Source of the DNA: Ruditapes philippinarum
Lineage: Eukaryota
Direction: 5' to 3'
Assembly: GCF_026571515.1 (NCBI RefSeq)
Contig: NW_026855873.1
Span: 62,001-126,000 of the forward strand
Length of the DNA stretch: 64,000 bases
Below the pieces are notes generated by a model, which did no database searches, was not told the DNA's origin, and saw only the letters and a program-made list of their open reading frames with translations. A program made the translations under genes and the position numbers. This document shows positions 11,129-25,718 of this stretch, piece after piece (position 1 is the first letter of the stretch; each line of letters opens with the position of its first letter).

Positions 11129-14100
11129 CTATCACATGCTCCTGTAAATTAACTTTCCTCTGCTCACTCAGCAGTTTGGCCGCCTGGGAAATAAGCTCTG
11201 AACATAACGGAATCATTAGACTCAGGTGATTCTGTACCAACTCCATCACATCTACATACTAGAACAAATATGAGAAACATTCTAACAGTGGCTAGCCTCC
11301 AGTTTCATTCATAACTTTATGAAAATTAAGAAAGAGTTTCAATTTTAAACGTTGAAAACATTGTCAAGTGACCAAATAAAGTCATTGTTGAGTCACGCCA
11401 TAAATACTGTAAATGTAATATAGCCACTTTGTAGCTTTACTGGTGAAGGAAGACCTCAAATACCCTTCTGTTCATTGTTTTAAGGCACTAACAGGAACCT
11501 GGGTAGAACCACAGACATTTCGTAAAATAGCTTGATAGCATGATAGTTATCAAAATTTCCAGTAAGATTAGAGGGGATCATGGTTTTAAGTCAAAAACTC
11601 CACTTGGCCCCACATGCACAACTGTATCAAAATGTGTAAACATTAGAAATCAGATACAAATACATGTATATTGATAAATATAATGAATTCAGTCATTTAT
11701 TATAACCTGTATATAATAAATGAAGCATTTACATGGATTGCATATATTCGTAAAACAAAGATGTTGAAAAAGTATTCAAGTCTTCAAGGTAATCTTCATG
11801 GTAACTACATGTAATGACTGCAATGGAAATCAGGATTTATCTTTCATCCTTTTTTTGTGTTATCCTTACTATATTGACAACATGGTCTTAGTATTGTATA
11901 CTTTATTTTGTTGTTCTGTATATTTTAAGATATTGCTATGTTTGTCATCCATGTACACAGTAATGTGAAACAAATCTATCAATCTATGAAAATTCAGAAC
12001 AGTATATTCAACTTACAGATGTAGTAACATTGTCAGACTGCGTACAAAAAGCAAACAGATGTTTGTGTATAGAGGAGAGTAACTCATGTAGCTGGGGGCA
12101 ACATGTCTCCTTAGATTCCCATACAATCTCCTTATCATTGTTCTTCTCAAGCTCATTCAAAGCAGATTCCTGTAAGAAAAAAAAAAGTAAAATGATTTCT
12201 TAAATCTTGTCACAGAAGAAACTACTGTATTTTATTAGTTATAAAGATTTTTTGACAGGTTATATGGCCTGATATAAATGGTTGTATATGTGACCTAAAA
12301 TGCTAGACAAGGGTTATATTGCAAACAACCTTTTATGTATGGCCATATAACTGGTCAGGAATATCTACAACGTATTTATAATACAGCAAACTTCCTTTTT
12401 CAGAGAGAAAAAAAGTAAGAGATTTCTTAAAAAATTGACAGCAGCCATGTATATCAAACTATATAAACGTTAAGATCATCCAATGAAAAGTGGTGTTACA
12501 TACCTGCAGTATTATATAATAAAATGACAAATAAAAAAGTTAACAAGATAAATTTGATTGCTCATAATGTCATTCTTTGTACCATTCTAGACAAATTGTT
12601 TGTAATAAGTCTTAAGAACCCTCAGTATAATTCATTTCAATTTTAATAGTAAAGAAAGGTGACTAGAGAAAACTAACAATTTATCATGTTCATGTTTTAT
12701 AAATAACATACACAAATCAAAAATCTGAAACATTCTGATGTGATAGTAAATATATATTTCAACAAGACTTTATAACCAATTAAACTGTAAAACAAAAACA
12801 TTATGACAATGATACTTACAGTTTCAAAGGCTAGATTTCTAAGAATATTTTTCATAAGTATTTCCGCTGTGTGTAGATCTGGAATAAACTTGACCGAGGG
12901 TAAATTACACTGACTTAGGCCCAGTAACACAGATATATGGCTGTTATTCTGTAGACTAGACAGAATCATGTTTAACTGCATTCTCTGCAAAACACAAGAT
13001 ACAATATATACTGTAAATATATGACTCTATGATATTTCCCCCCTTATTTTGCTATTGCAACCATTAGCCCCTTCTTGTTTTTAAAGGACAGGCATTTGTC
13101 TCCCCACAATGATTTATCTTGAATGTGCCACAACTGTTTTCTTTATATTAATGTCCCATCAAGTAGATTAAACATAATAAACAATTAATTAGCAGTTTCT
13201 TCTGTGATCTTAAACATATGCCATTCCGAACAAAAAAAGATTAAGTGATTAAAAAACCTAGGAAATTATAACATCAAGCTTTATTTTTTGCTCAAAATTC
13301 ATTACAAATTTATATGGCTGACTACTAATTTCACATTTCTGAATCAGCCGTGAGAACCAAATGACTAACTTAATGTCCCAGATCATTTGTCACAGAGATT
13401 TTTGCCTTGACTGAGGTTTGAACCCGAGGTCCCTGATTTACAAAATCTGATGCTCTCCCTATTAATTTTAGCGTGCAGACTTGTTATATATTTGTAACAT
13501 GTTACATATTTGTTACACAAAATGTTTTATCCATGTTAAACAAAAACCTAAGACCGTGTACACAATTGAGTCCTTCAATTAAAACCTGTACTAACCTGTC
13601 CTCTGGACAATACATTCCAGCACTGAGGGGACTGCGGTAACAAGGAATGTAATAATTCCATCCTATCCCCAAGACTTGGTAACAACATCTGTGCTCCAAC
13701 TGACAGACACTCACATACCAGCTGTAAAAATATAAATTATATCAAACTTTCTTTAGATTGCAGCTAACTACAGACTTGAAATTCTAGTGTTTGCACTGCT
13801 GCCAGAAGATGTAATCATGCATCCTTTAGGTTTAAGTTGAGCCATATGCACTAAATGACATCAGTCAATCATATTAATGAACTATTTGCATGCTTAAGAT
13901 AACATCATTCTATTGTCCTGAATGAAATTGTAAACCTATCTAGTACTATAAAAAAGATAATGCTATTTTTCATAAAAAAGCTATTAACAGATTAATAGAT
14001 TTACAGACACATACTTTGTTGCAAAGTTCTGAAATTTTAGACAGAAATTCACTAAATCTTGGTTTGAAAAGATCAATTTTGAAGTTATGAAATTATGGTG

Positions 14101-17100
14101 ACATCTTTTTCTGATCCACAAAAAGTTACAAATAAGATAACATGATCACCTGCTGAATTGAATCTGGTGCCTTCATGTCAATCAGTTTAAATAAGAGATT
14201 CCTCAGAGGTTTGGCCTGGTCACCGAGCAAGTTTCTAGAGCAGCCTGCATTCTGTGCCAGAGACAAATGTATACACAGCACCTTCAGACAAAGCAGTACA
14301 AAATACTGGTGTTCACTAAAATAAAAACGAAATACGAGTTCAGTAACAATTTCTGTATAAGTGGTGACAATATAAAACATATATTTGAATAAGACCATCC
14401 ATGGATACTTTACAGAGAATAACCTAACATTTGTAACCTTCTTCCTGAAATTACTAAAGTGCAATTCCCATACTCATAGCAGAACAGATCAGTCATAGAA
14501 AAAAAAAGAGACTCCGAGATTGTTACTCCGTTTATGTAAGTCTGTGCAAAATAAAATTTCATAATCATCACTAGCTATGTTTTTGCAGAATAATTACTCT
14601 TATTGTGAAAAATGACCCAAAAGGGACTGAAAATAGCACAAACATATGATTTTCAATGTATTTCCGAGGATATTCCTTATCTTTTATATATATTTCTGTT
14701 TGAAGTGCCTCTGATACTCTGATGAAGATAATTGAGATCAACCAACAGATAGAGCAAATTATATTATGTAAAAACAATAAACCACAATTCGCCAAAGAAG
14801 ACGCTTAATAATGAATGTCTTCATATGGTGTAAAATATTACTTAAGTTACCTTGGAGTTTGGAAAGGCATGGGGGCCAGTTCAATATCAAAGCTATGACA
14901 ATATCTCTCTAGAAACTGACGTAGAATGTAGAATGTCTCCTCCTGTATGTCCACACAGAATGGTCTATGTAAGGACATCAGAGGTCTGAAATATAAATAT
15001 ATGTATATACAAACTAAACATATCAACATAGTTACACAGATACCAAGTGGTCTGTGATATATGTATTAAGTGATATTATACATAAAAAGATATACAGTAG
15101 AACTTCTATGAGTCGAACTTCGATTAGTCGATTTTCTCGATGTGTCGAAGAAAAATGAAAGTCCCGATTTTTTCCCCTATATATACCTTATAGAAACCTA
15201 TTTATGAGTCGAGATTTTATGTGTCGAATTTTTCGATGTGTCGAAGTTTTTTCGTTGTCCATATAAAGTAAATCTAGTGCAATTTACCACAAATAAGTCG
15301 AAGTCGTTCGATAATTTTGACACCTTCGATCTCGAGATATTTTTCGCACCTTAGCTGGCTGCGAAGACGATTTCCAATCAACTTGTGTGACAGGTGTTAA
15401 TTACACAGCCGTGTGTTCAAACAGCCTTGTTTGCGATAAAATGTGTGATAAAATGCTTTAATCGTTTCTATTTTAATTGCCGTAGTGGTAATTGACAGTA
15501 AACAGTAAGAACTACTTTCATTTGAAAACGGTCAAAACATCGGTGACCCGGTGTCGCGTGAGAATTACACGCGAAATATTTATTATAAGCTGATTTAGTT
15601 ATCGCCCTTTCGTATTGTTACGCCTTTTGTAACTCTATTGTATACGTTAACGGGTAGTCCAAATAATTAGCCGTAAAAAAAGTTATTTAACATTCTATAT
15701 TTATCATTGTACAATGTAAAATATCAGATTAATGATGGAAAAACATGAAATAGGTTTCGTTATAGATATTATAATTAGAAGTAGTCACGGGTCGAAATTT
15801 TATCATGGAATTGAGAGAAATTCATGAGTCGAAGTCCCGATGTGTCAAAGTTTTTACGCAAGTCCCTTCAACTTCGACTTACCGAAGTTCTACTGTATTT
15901 AAGTATTTAAGAAAATTGTTACAACTTATTACATTGTACATAGAAGGTTGTTTAATTCATAGCATTCAGTATCAGTTTTTATTAGTATTTCTATCATAGA
16001 CTGGTGTCTTGAAATTGGTACCAATACCTTTTTATGTTTTCCCATAATTATATTAGTGCCAACTTCAAAGCAAGAATTAATTAGATAAGTATTGAAATTG
16101 TTCAAAATATACTCATCAGCAAAACCTATCATCAAGAACTGAAATGCATATCTGAGACCTACTGGCCTAACACTCTGATTCTTTGTTAAGAGGGTCAGCC
16201 TTCACAGATTTCTTATGTGAGCAAATGACATGAGTACCTATTTTCAAAGATATCACATTTAAAGTAGTTTTACTTAACCTTCAATCAAACCTTAATAATA
16301 CTCATTTATTTATATCCATGCACTCTACTCCACTAACAAATACCATTACTATGATAAGCCATCTGAAGAAATAACCCTAGACTTTGAAAGATGTTGCAAT
16401 TTTTCACCCATGCACAGACTCAATAAAACCCAGCCTGCAATTTTCATGTAATTTTGTTGCGATTAATGTTTCCGAGGATCACGCTTTATCCAGATTTGTG
16501 TATCACACACACTCGCACACACACACACACACAAATACCTGTCGGATGGTATTGCTGTCCATGCTATACTATGTGAAGTTCCAGCTGAGATCTGATGTAT
16601 TGGTGCTTTACCGATGTTACCAGTCACTTTCTTAGGCCGTGTTATAGGACTCTGTGAGTGACCCTGACCGCACTGACCCATGGCATTGTTACCCCATGCA
16701 TAAACTACATTATCTGTCAGAATGCAATGATAATGAGAAGATTTAAACTTTGTCTTAAAAGTATCTATAACTAAAAACTCAATAATAAACTGAATTATAT
16801 TTAAACAATTTAAATCTAGTGTGAAATGCTTCTACCAAAACTGTTCACAGAATTAATAGACAATATGATGCTGGGTGAGTAGGACAGCCCAAATATACTT
16901 GAAAATGCTATGCTAAAAATGTTAACATTAAAATACCCACCATGAGTGAGAGCAAGGCAATGATTGTCTCCACACACAACATCCACCAATCGTATTGAGT
17001 TAAAGTCTTCCAGTAGGCGGGGTTTGAGGGCTGTGGCATCAGGAGAGCCACACCCAATCACAGAACCACATCCCCATGCATACAGCTGAAAATATAAAAC

Positions 17101-20100
17101 TGAATTTCCAAATAGGAAAAAACATGAAAACACTTATATGTAGATTTCAAATATTTAATGCCTGTACCCTTACAAAGAGTTACAAAAATTTATGTTCAAG
17201 AATTGATTATAGAATTAAAAGAGCTGACATCACTTTAAACTCTCTTACAAAATTGCCTCTTTAAAGAAGCAAAAAAAAACTTTACAAAAAATCAGCTTAA
17301 CAAGAACAAGCTAGACACATAAAAAGAATCAAAGAGCCATCTCAAAGTCAAAATTTTGTACAGCGAAATAAACTGCATGATATGTGGTATTTATTATATT
17401 ACCTGACCAGTGGTTGTAAGTGCCAGAGAAAAATGACAGCCACATACAATTTTTCTGATAGTAACACCTGCTAAACTGTCAATGATCTTTGGTTTATATT
17501 GTCTGCATGTATCCCCATGGCCCAATTTCCCTGCAATATTTAACAGAACTACCTTATATAGTATTCAGGTTGACAGCAAACAGTTTGTTTAATAATGAAG
17601 TACAAAAATTAGGGATGTCTTAACTTTTTCAAATTTTGTGGAAGATTGTTTTTCAGTTTGTTTTTCTGGTTTCTTAACATATTTTAACACATTTTTGATC
17701 ATTATTCAAGAGTCAATCCACCTTACTGATTTTTCTGGATAACTAACCAGCAGTCTGCACAAAAAACTTTTTTATGGTCATAGACATTCGGGCTTTGTCC
17801 ATCAAAATATCATATAGCCCGAACCAATTTTAACTAGCCCGAAAATTCTAACAAAAGTTGTGGCCAGGTTTTTTAAATTTACTTAAATCTGGAGAAAATA
17901 ATGCAAAGTGATATCACTTGATTAACATTTATTTCTGATATTCTTAGACAGGGTGTACAGTAGACTGAAACTCAAGGGTCAAATGATTTCATTTAGCTTA
18001 TGGCATTGTAGCTTACTTGGAAAAAAAATAATATGTGTATCCATAAATACAACTGGTGTAAATGATTTTGTTTATAAATTATTTCAGAAAATTTCGTACC
18101 AATACCTTGAAAAAAATCAACATTTCCCTCAGTGATTGTGTATGTAATTTTCGGATCTCAAAACATTGCTAGACTGTTGGACTACACTCCCTACATTTAA
18201 TGCTAGCCAGACTGGGGCTCGGGCTTTGCCTATTTTTCGCAGACTGAACCAGTAACTACCAATTTCCATATAAGTGACTTTTAATCCCACATAATTTCTG
18301 AATCAGCAGTGAGAGACAAATGACCATTAGAGTCATTGTCCAAGATAACTTGTCATAGAAACTTCGCCACACCCCAGAATCAAACCAGCAACCCAACAAT
18401 TATTAATCTGATACTGTCCCTATTAAACTAAGCAATGGACAGATTGTTTTTAACTTAAGTCATACATGCCATAATTTTGGACAGCTTCCGGGACACTTTT
18501 CATCGCGGCAATAATGGATGTGTAGGCAGTTGTGGAAAAGGAGGGGTGGAAAAGGGGGTTGGGGTGGGTGGTTGGGGGGGGGGGGGGGGGGGGTGGTGGT
18601 TGTCAATCGTATAACGTTATTAAATTAGGACGACTTTCTCCTGAATTTTAATGATAAACAGTTAACTTACTAGTTTTATAAGTAGTCTTTTAGGTCGACA
18701 TATTTATCATTTTATAGTATTTCTTTATTTCATTTATTATTCCCTAAAAGCAAGTAAGTTGTAAGTTATAAACCCGGTGAATGGGCGCAGCCATGTTGTT
18801 CACCCGTTATATCTTAAAGTCGTGATAATTACTACATGTCACGTAATGCAATTCTTCCAGTCATAAAAACAAACACAGCAAGGTGATTTATTTGACACCT
18901 TTAATTTTTTATTTGATAGATATATTTACATTGTTTGTAATAATTAGACTTTCGGCAAGTTAGCGATTGATCTAAAAATTAATGATTATCGGGGATTAAC
19001 GATAATTGTTAAGGGCCGTAAACCATTAATTAACCCGACCATTAAACGCTGCCGAATTCAACAGAGAATGTTAATTGCCGATGCATGAAGAAAGCTATTG
19101 CCGAGGGGAATCGACAGTCGATAATTGGGGGGCTGTATATTGTAAACTTGTAAGTGTCAACGTTCCTGTGTATTATGTGTACCAGGTCAGAATATGTTTT
19201 ACGATCGAGAGGTGAAATGTGCGAGATTTGATTTAAGAAAATTTATGAAAATTTTGCAAAATATCATGATTTTTTTTTCCGGGATCAAATCGATGCCCGG
19301 GACATCTCCGGGACAGACATCCGATTTCCGGGACAATCCCGGGCATCCGGGACGTTATGGCATGTATGCTTAAGTATTAAACCAAATACACATAAATGAA
19401 ACTCTAAATTATTGCTAAATAACAAACATGTGTACAGATTTACAGACATCTGGGAAAAAATCATTTTGTTAAACATGGTCCATAGTAAAATAACATCAAT
19501 TATTTCTATATAGAAAGTTTATATCAAGTTGTTTTTTGTGTGCAAATAATTGGGGGTTAATTAGTTCTATTAATAGCACCGCTATGTTCTGTTATCATTA
19601 ATTAATATTTCTTTCTGTATAAGGAAGCTTTCTTTTTTTTTTATGAGAAAAATTAAAGAAAAATTTCATACCACTATCCCCACTGCCAAAAGACCAGACA
19701 GTTTTTCCATCTCTGGCCACAACAATGGTATGTGAACTTCCACAAGAGACCTGGGATATGAGAGGGAGATCCTTCACTCTAGTTGGTAGATTCTTGCTGC
19801 TACTGTCACCATGTCCTATATCAATGTAACATAGCATCATTACATACAGGATATTAGTTTGTTTATGGATCATATCTCACTTAGAAATTCTAAAAAAAAT
19901 ATTTCTACAATGCAATGCCAAAGCGAAAATATAAAAAAAAATTCTGACTTTATTCTGTTTTCATATTTACTGGAATTTTTGTTTTGTTTTTTGATGTTGT
20001 TTTTTTACATATCATACATCATAGTTTTTTAATTAAAACTAGTCAAACATAACCAAAAATGGCTTAAAATGATGCTAGTTTATATGACTTACCATCATGT

Positions 20101-23100
20101 CATTACAATTTTTATCTGTTGATAGTTGTGCAATCTACATTGTACTTGCATCAACTTTTAATATATAAAATGGTAACCAAAGCTCTATACAGTCAGGACT
20201 CAATACATCGAAATCCATTATACTGACAAATTCAAATAACGACAGTGAATTAGTGGGAACCATTTTTTTTAACGTTATTATAATCCTTTATAACGGAAAA
20301 TTCGTATTCCGACTCCGACACAATAAAATTGGAAACCAAACGTGTTTTTTTCTATACAATCATTACCCGTTAAACTGACACTTTGTCAGTCAAGCGCGCG
20401 TATCATAGAGTCGTGAATAAAAGCTGCAAGGTGTAATAAGAGGTATTTAAGCTTGGTCAGTTGATTGTTACACCTTATTACAATACCAATGTGTTGTTGT
20501 CAGCTGAATTTTGTTACACTTGCCAACTTGTGACTTTTTTTATTAAAATCTCAAGCTGTACGTCAACTGACTATTTAACTTTTGAACAAAAAAACTAGAT
20601 CATTTCATATAAAGAAAGTCCTATCATTGTGTGTGCTTCTTATGATATAAATTTTTATCATTTTCATATCGCATATCAATCTTTAACTATTTTAGTTGTT
20701 ATTATTTTAATTAAGTTGTAGTTTTATGTTATGATATGTAATGTGTATAATAAAGTTAACACATAAACACAAAAATCTATTTCATAACAGATGTTAATTA
20801 TAGATCTAAATTACATAATGTTCAGATACCAGTGAATAAGCATATCATTACATGATGAATGATGAAATTGACTATACTGACATATTCAATATACTGACAT
20901 ATCCTATGGGAACCAACAGTGTCGTTGTAATGAGTCCTGACTGTACTTAAAAAACTTTCCTTACCTAATCTACCATAATCCCCTTCTCCCCAGGTGTAAA
21001 GTTCTCCTTCTTGTGTTACAGCAGCACTGTGCCGGAATCCAGCCGAAACTTGAACTACAACCTTTAAAGAGAAATATTTTTTAACTTAAATTAGTCAAAC
21101 AGGTAAACTGGCAACATTTTAGCTTTCTCTACAGAAAGACACCAGGTGCTCCTCTATGCATCCTTTCCCAAAAAGATAGAAGCATCAATCTTCTGCAAGC
21201 AAGCTGAATAATTTCCTTGTATGAAGGACTGCAAATTTTTATCTTTATCCAAACAAAAACTTAACAGCCTTTTAAATGACATTTACCGTCACTTGACTGA
21301 AATAAGAAAAAGTTTAACATGGACATAGAACATGGGTGAACCACCATACTTTATTGTTTTGTCAGTTTAAGGATGAACAGTGAAACAGCAGCACAGCTGG
21401 AGGACAAACAAGGATGTCAACAAGAGCTGTCGGTAGGACAGCAACGCTCGACTATTCTTAGTGCTTGATAGTAAAAAAAAATGCTTGATAGAGTTACCTC
21501 CTCCTGTTTACAGGTTGGGGTCATGATGGTGAACAAGTGTGCAAAGTTTCAAAGCCATATGTCAATGGACTTTGAAAATATTTGAACTATTACAAAAACT
21601 TTAACGTAAATTCTAAGTCGAAAAAGGGGCATAATTCTGTCAAAATGCTTGATAGAGTTACCTCCTCCTGTCTACAGGTTGGGGTCATGATGTTGAACAA
21701 GTGTGCAAAGTTTCAAAGCCATATGTCTATGGACTTTGAAAATATTTGAACTATTACAAAAACTTTAACATAAGTAGTTACGCCGACGCCGACGCGGAGG
21801 CCGACGCTCGGGTGACTGCAATAGCTCTACTTATTCTTATCGAATAGTCGAGCTAATAAAAAAATTTAATCACAAGATTTGAAGATATGCAATTATTTTT
21901 CCATATTTTTTGAAGAAATGTTTGGGTAATACTTACAATGCCAGAGAGACCTGTTATCTGCTTTGGAAATTTTTGAGTAGAGTTGTTGCCATGACCAAGC
22001 TTGCCATAGTCCCCTATGTGAAAAAGAAATTATCTTTGCTAGTTAAAAATCCACATGAAGTATATGTGTGCTAAAATATGTACTTTTGTAGCCATACAAA
22101 TTTACATATATATTTATGTTATCATTCAGAATTTTGTGTAAGTACACATAATGGTAATTCATTCTACATTTTCTGTAAATTACACCCAATGATAATTCAT
22201 TTTACATTCCCTGCAAGTGACATCCAATGGTTATATACTCTACATTTCCCTGAAAGTTACACTCAATTTTCTATATGTATCTATACATAAATACATTTGT
22301 AATACAATTTGACGAAATAATGTATTGAAACAGCCACACCTCAATTACTCTAATTATCATCATTCCTACTTCACTAAATAATTAAGATCCTAATGCAAAA
22401 CTTAAAGCTGTATTTACCATCACCCCAACTGAAAACTTCTCCATTTCTTGATAAAGCTAGAGTATGACCATCAGAGCCTTTTGAGGAGGACACAGCCTTC
22501 ATGCCACGATCTTTAGGAAATGTTAATTTCTTTGGAACAGATTGGTTTGATGAATCTCCTAGTCCAAGTCTACCATAACTGCCTTTTCCACATGCATTTA
22601 CATGACCATCTTTTGTTATTAAGAAAGTGCAAAACTGACCGGCTTCAACCTATAACAATATACATGTACATCCAAATAATTCATAACAAAATATATAGGG
22701 TAATCAATATCAAGCATGTATTACTAAATCATTAAATAGAAAAGGTTTTCCCTCTTAAAGCAATTGAAAACTTTTACAACTCATCCAACCCTCCTGAAAG
22801 AGTATCTTGTGACCAGACGTCTTTGAACTGTACGGTTCTGCCTTCTGCAGGTTTGGAGCAATGAGCAATTTATGTAAGAAACTTTGTTTCAATTTGTTGG
22901 TTTTACAGCGCACAAAAGCAATTAAGGCAATATGGCATTTCGAACGTCTGGTGTTACAAACTTAAAGCCACATCAGGGGTCAAAACAACCTTACTTGCAG
23001 CTACTGGAGCTAAGGAATGCATAGACTCAAGTAATTCAAACCCATTAGGAATAGAAATGTATGCCCTACTGTACTTAAAAATCAAAACAAAGTTTCTTCA

Positions 23101-25718
23101 CCAGGGAACAAAAAAGAGCTTCTTTTCTTTTAAATTTCTGGGTTACAGTAAGCTTTGTTCTGATTCTGAAGAGGTTAGTGCTAAATACAAGCAATTTTCC
23201 TTTCTTTAAATGATAAATATAAACACATACGGACAGTAATAGGTCCTCTCCAGTGATATAGTTTAAAACATACCTGGGGACTAAAACATACCTGGGGACA
23301 ATCCCTGAAGGATGCAGAGAGTTTTGGGGTCAGAATTTTCTCTTGGCTACCCTCAGCCAGCTGATGAGTGCTGTTACTTCCCCAGATATACACATCACAG
23401 GTATCAAGAACTGAACTAGATGTGGAGGTAGAGCTAGTTGAGATCAATGAAGTGTAGCTTGACCCACTTGTTGGCACACTCTGTTCACTGGGTTTTGTCA
23501 AAGGTATATGTAGGTTGGAAAGACTAAAATCTTCGGCTAAATGGTATAGCTTTAATTAAGTAAACAAAAACATTTAGTAATTATTGATGATGAATGAGAA
23601 ACAGCTCTTAAGAGTATTTTCAAGATGATGAATACAGGCTATGGTTTCTAGTTTTTGTTGTTGAGTTATTCACTTAAGTTAAGTCTAAATTTTCCTCAGT
23701 ATTTAACACTTGGTACAACACGTTTTGCATGACAATAAAAATAACAAATCTGTCTAATTCAATAAAACTCTAATTGCTTTTTACGTAACAGATAGTTTCG
23801 TTTAATGTGACAATTACTTGTATACAACAGCTTGAAGTGGACAGGTCAAATATTAAGGTAAATGACATGTAATATATCACAGAAATACTAAGAAAAGCAC
23901 AAAATTAAGATAATTTCCTGCAAACATTGTTCTACATAAATACTGATATAGAGAACAAAATACTCATATCAACAACAAATGTAAACTTCGTCTTAAATTC
24001 ATAATCCTATATCCTCCCAATTTATCATCTCTGCTGAATTCGTCATTAAATTCTTGTTTTCCCAAATGGAGTTTTTTAAAACTTCACAAGCAACTCATAA
24101 ACTATGACTTTTGAAAAACTATGACTAAAATCTTCTTATATTTGTAATACTACAAAAAGTGCAAATAACATATATCTATATAATAATTATAATCTTACAG
24201 ATTTCTATTTTGAATTTAAAAAGAATATATCCTACATTCTAATTTCAAGATCTCTTTTCTTGACAAAACAGAATTATAAATTATCATGTTTCTAACCTGT
24301 TCCAAAAGACATACAGCAGCATGATATGAAGGGACATTCCCTTCTTCATCTGTTTTTGGGCAGTGATCACTTGACAGCTTCAAGTCAGGAAAACCCTAGA
24401 AAATATCAAAGCTTCAAAATATATTTCAAAATGCTCTCAAATTCCTATTCCAAAAGCAGTTGATACAACAGTTTCACCTAGCAACAAAATGTATATTGAA
24501 TAATATTACTCATGAAACAACTGTTAATTTAAATATGGTTTTCCATCTCAAAGTACTCATATACTAGATAAAACATAACATTGATATCAATTTGCCACAA
24601 GGATCTTCATTAAAAGTCTTGATCTTCTCATATATGATTCTTGAATATTATTGAATTCTTTTTAACCATGCGTTATCATGGTGAGGAAATCTTGGTTATG
24701 TTAAATTTGTAACTTAACACTAAAATTGCAAGCATCTATCCCAAAGTTAAAAAATAAATAAAATTCCTAGTTAGCAATGAAGCATGTTATATAAACTTAC
24801 AGCAGATTTCATCATCTGACTGACAACATCTTTAAATAAATGCCATGATATTGTATTCTCTGCAACTCCACCCTCTTCCTTCTGAGTCATGCTTCTGGGG
24901 AGTGTCATCATTGCAAGCTCAACCCACTCAAGAAGACATTTCAAAGATCCTCTCTGACTGGCTAGCGATAACATAAGTTCTGAGGACAGTTGGCGACCCT
25001 GCTTGTCTGCACCAGACGCCGAATTGAATACAGTTTTCAGGAAACATGCTGTTTGATTTAAAGATTTTACTCCAAGACTTGTTAACTTGGATTCATTTGC
25101 AAGTGACAGTGGTGGAAGAGCAACAACTATGTCTAATGCTGTTGTCAAGACATCATTACAAAGACTGGATGCACCATACATGGATGACAACTGCCAATTC
25201 TGCCGCAGCAACGAAAACAACAGTCCAAGACCTGTCTGAACACCAATCTCAACAAGAGCTGAATTTCCACTTTGTGATTTCTCATCGCTCTGATTTAAAC
25301 CTGGTGGCTTAGATTCACCTACTAAATTCAAATCTCCAGTAATATTAGACTGTGTATGACAAGTTTTTACTGTTGCATGATAAATCCTTTGCAAAATCGC
25401 TATTCTTTTTTGCAGATTTTGAGCAAATGGCGAACTTTTCACAACAATCTCTGCTAGAGCTGACTGACTTGCTATCAATGCATCAATAAGATGCTCTTGT
25501 TCCTCTGCAGTTGGCGCATCTGCCTCAAAGTCAGGAATGTTTGGGCCTTTCAGATGTATAGTATGTGGGATCTGAACACATATTTCTTTTGTTGTTACAA
25601 GTTTTGAATAAAGAGATTCCTGCTCACTTGAATTTGCAATACTTTCACAATTTTCAGAAACCCACTTGGAATTCAAATGATCTGAAAAATTGAACTTGAC
25701 TTTACGCTCATTACTCAT
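11129..25718 (-). CDS. HERC1: HERC1 giant HECT/RCC1-like E3 ubiquitin ligase, 5' portion (about 1049 codons; gene continues beyond the left edge)
   Basis: 16 phase-consistent GT-AG coding exons: 25718-24801, 24395-24297, 23549-23292, 22649-22418, 22013-21937, 21061-20965, 19815-19672, 17530-17403, 17085-16941, 16713-16539, 14985-14851, 14315-14150, 13721-13596, 12984-12820, 12169-12017, 11258-11129. The translation has HERC1-type N-terminal motifs ([22 protein letters not shown]) and RCC1-like domain 1 (EAGQFCTF...[14 protein letters not shown]...[12 protein letters not shown]...[15 protein letters not shown]; [18 protein letters not shown]). Confidence 0.95.
13315..13475 (-). mobile_element. 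Degenerate tRNA-derived SINE (related copy at about 17700-18440, interrupted by a MITE)
   Basis: B-box gggttcaaacc on the minus strand; shared ttctgaatcagc.gtgaga..caaatgac block. Confidence 0.5.
15095..15895. mobile_element. Tc1/mariner (pogo/Tigger-like) MITE
   Basis: TA|CAGTAGAACTTC...GAAGTTCTACTG|TA, with repeated gtcga subterminal motifs. Confidence 0.85.
17751..18246. mobile_element. TIR MITE with CAG termini and 6-bp TSD AACCAG, inserted in a SINE remnant
   Basis: CAGTCTGC...GCAGACTG; AACCAG at 17745-17750 and 18247-18252. Confidence 0.8.
18461..19368. mobile_element. P-element-like MITE with 7-bp TSD
   Basis: 14-bp TIR CATACATGCCATAA / TTATGGCATGTATG; CTTAAGT at 18454-18460 and 19369-19375; subterminal ccggga repeats; internal poly-G. 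Confidence 0.8.
20190..20943. mobile_element. Tc1/mariner-like MITE
   Basis: TA|CAGTCAGGACTCA...TGAGTCCTGACTG|TA; ends 21 bp from a HERC1 exon boundary. Confidence 0.85.
21419..21857 (+). mobile_element. Helentron/HINE-like element with 2 x 164-bp internal repeat
   Basis: Starts aacaagagctgtc...gctcgactattc; atgcttgatagagttacctcctcctg occurs at 21481 and 21645; then a cgccgacgccgac microsatellite and a gaatagtcgagc end. Confidence 0.75.
23264..23299. repeat. Perfect 18-bp tandem duplication spanning a HERC1 splice donor
   Basis: taaaacatacctggggac x2. Confidence 0.9.

Noticed and set aside
16100-16120. Second CTGATGA hammerhead core (minus strand; similar at 14720 plus strand)
   Set aside because: No stem II, GAAA or stem I pairing around it.
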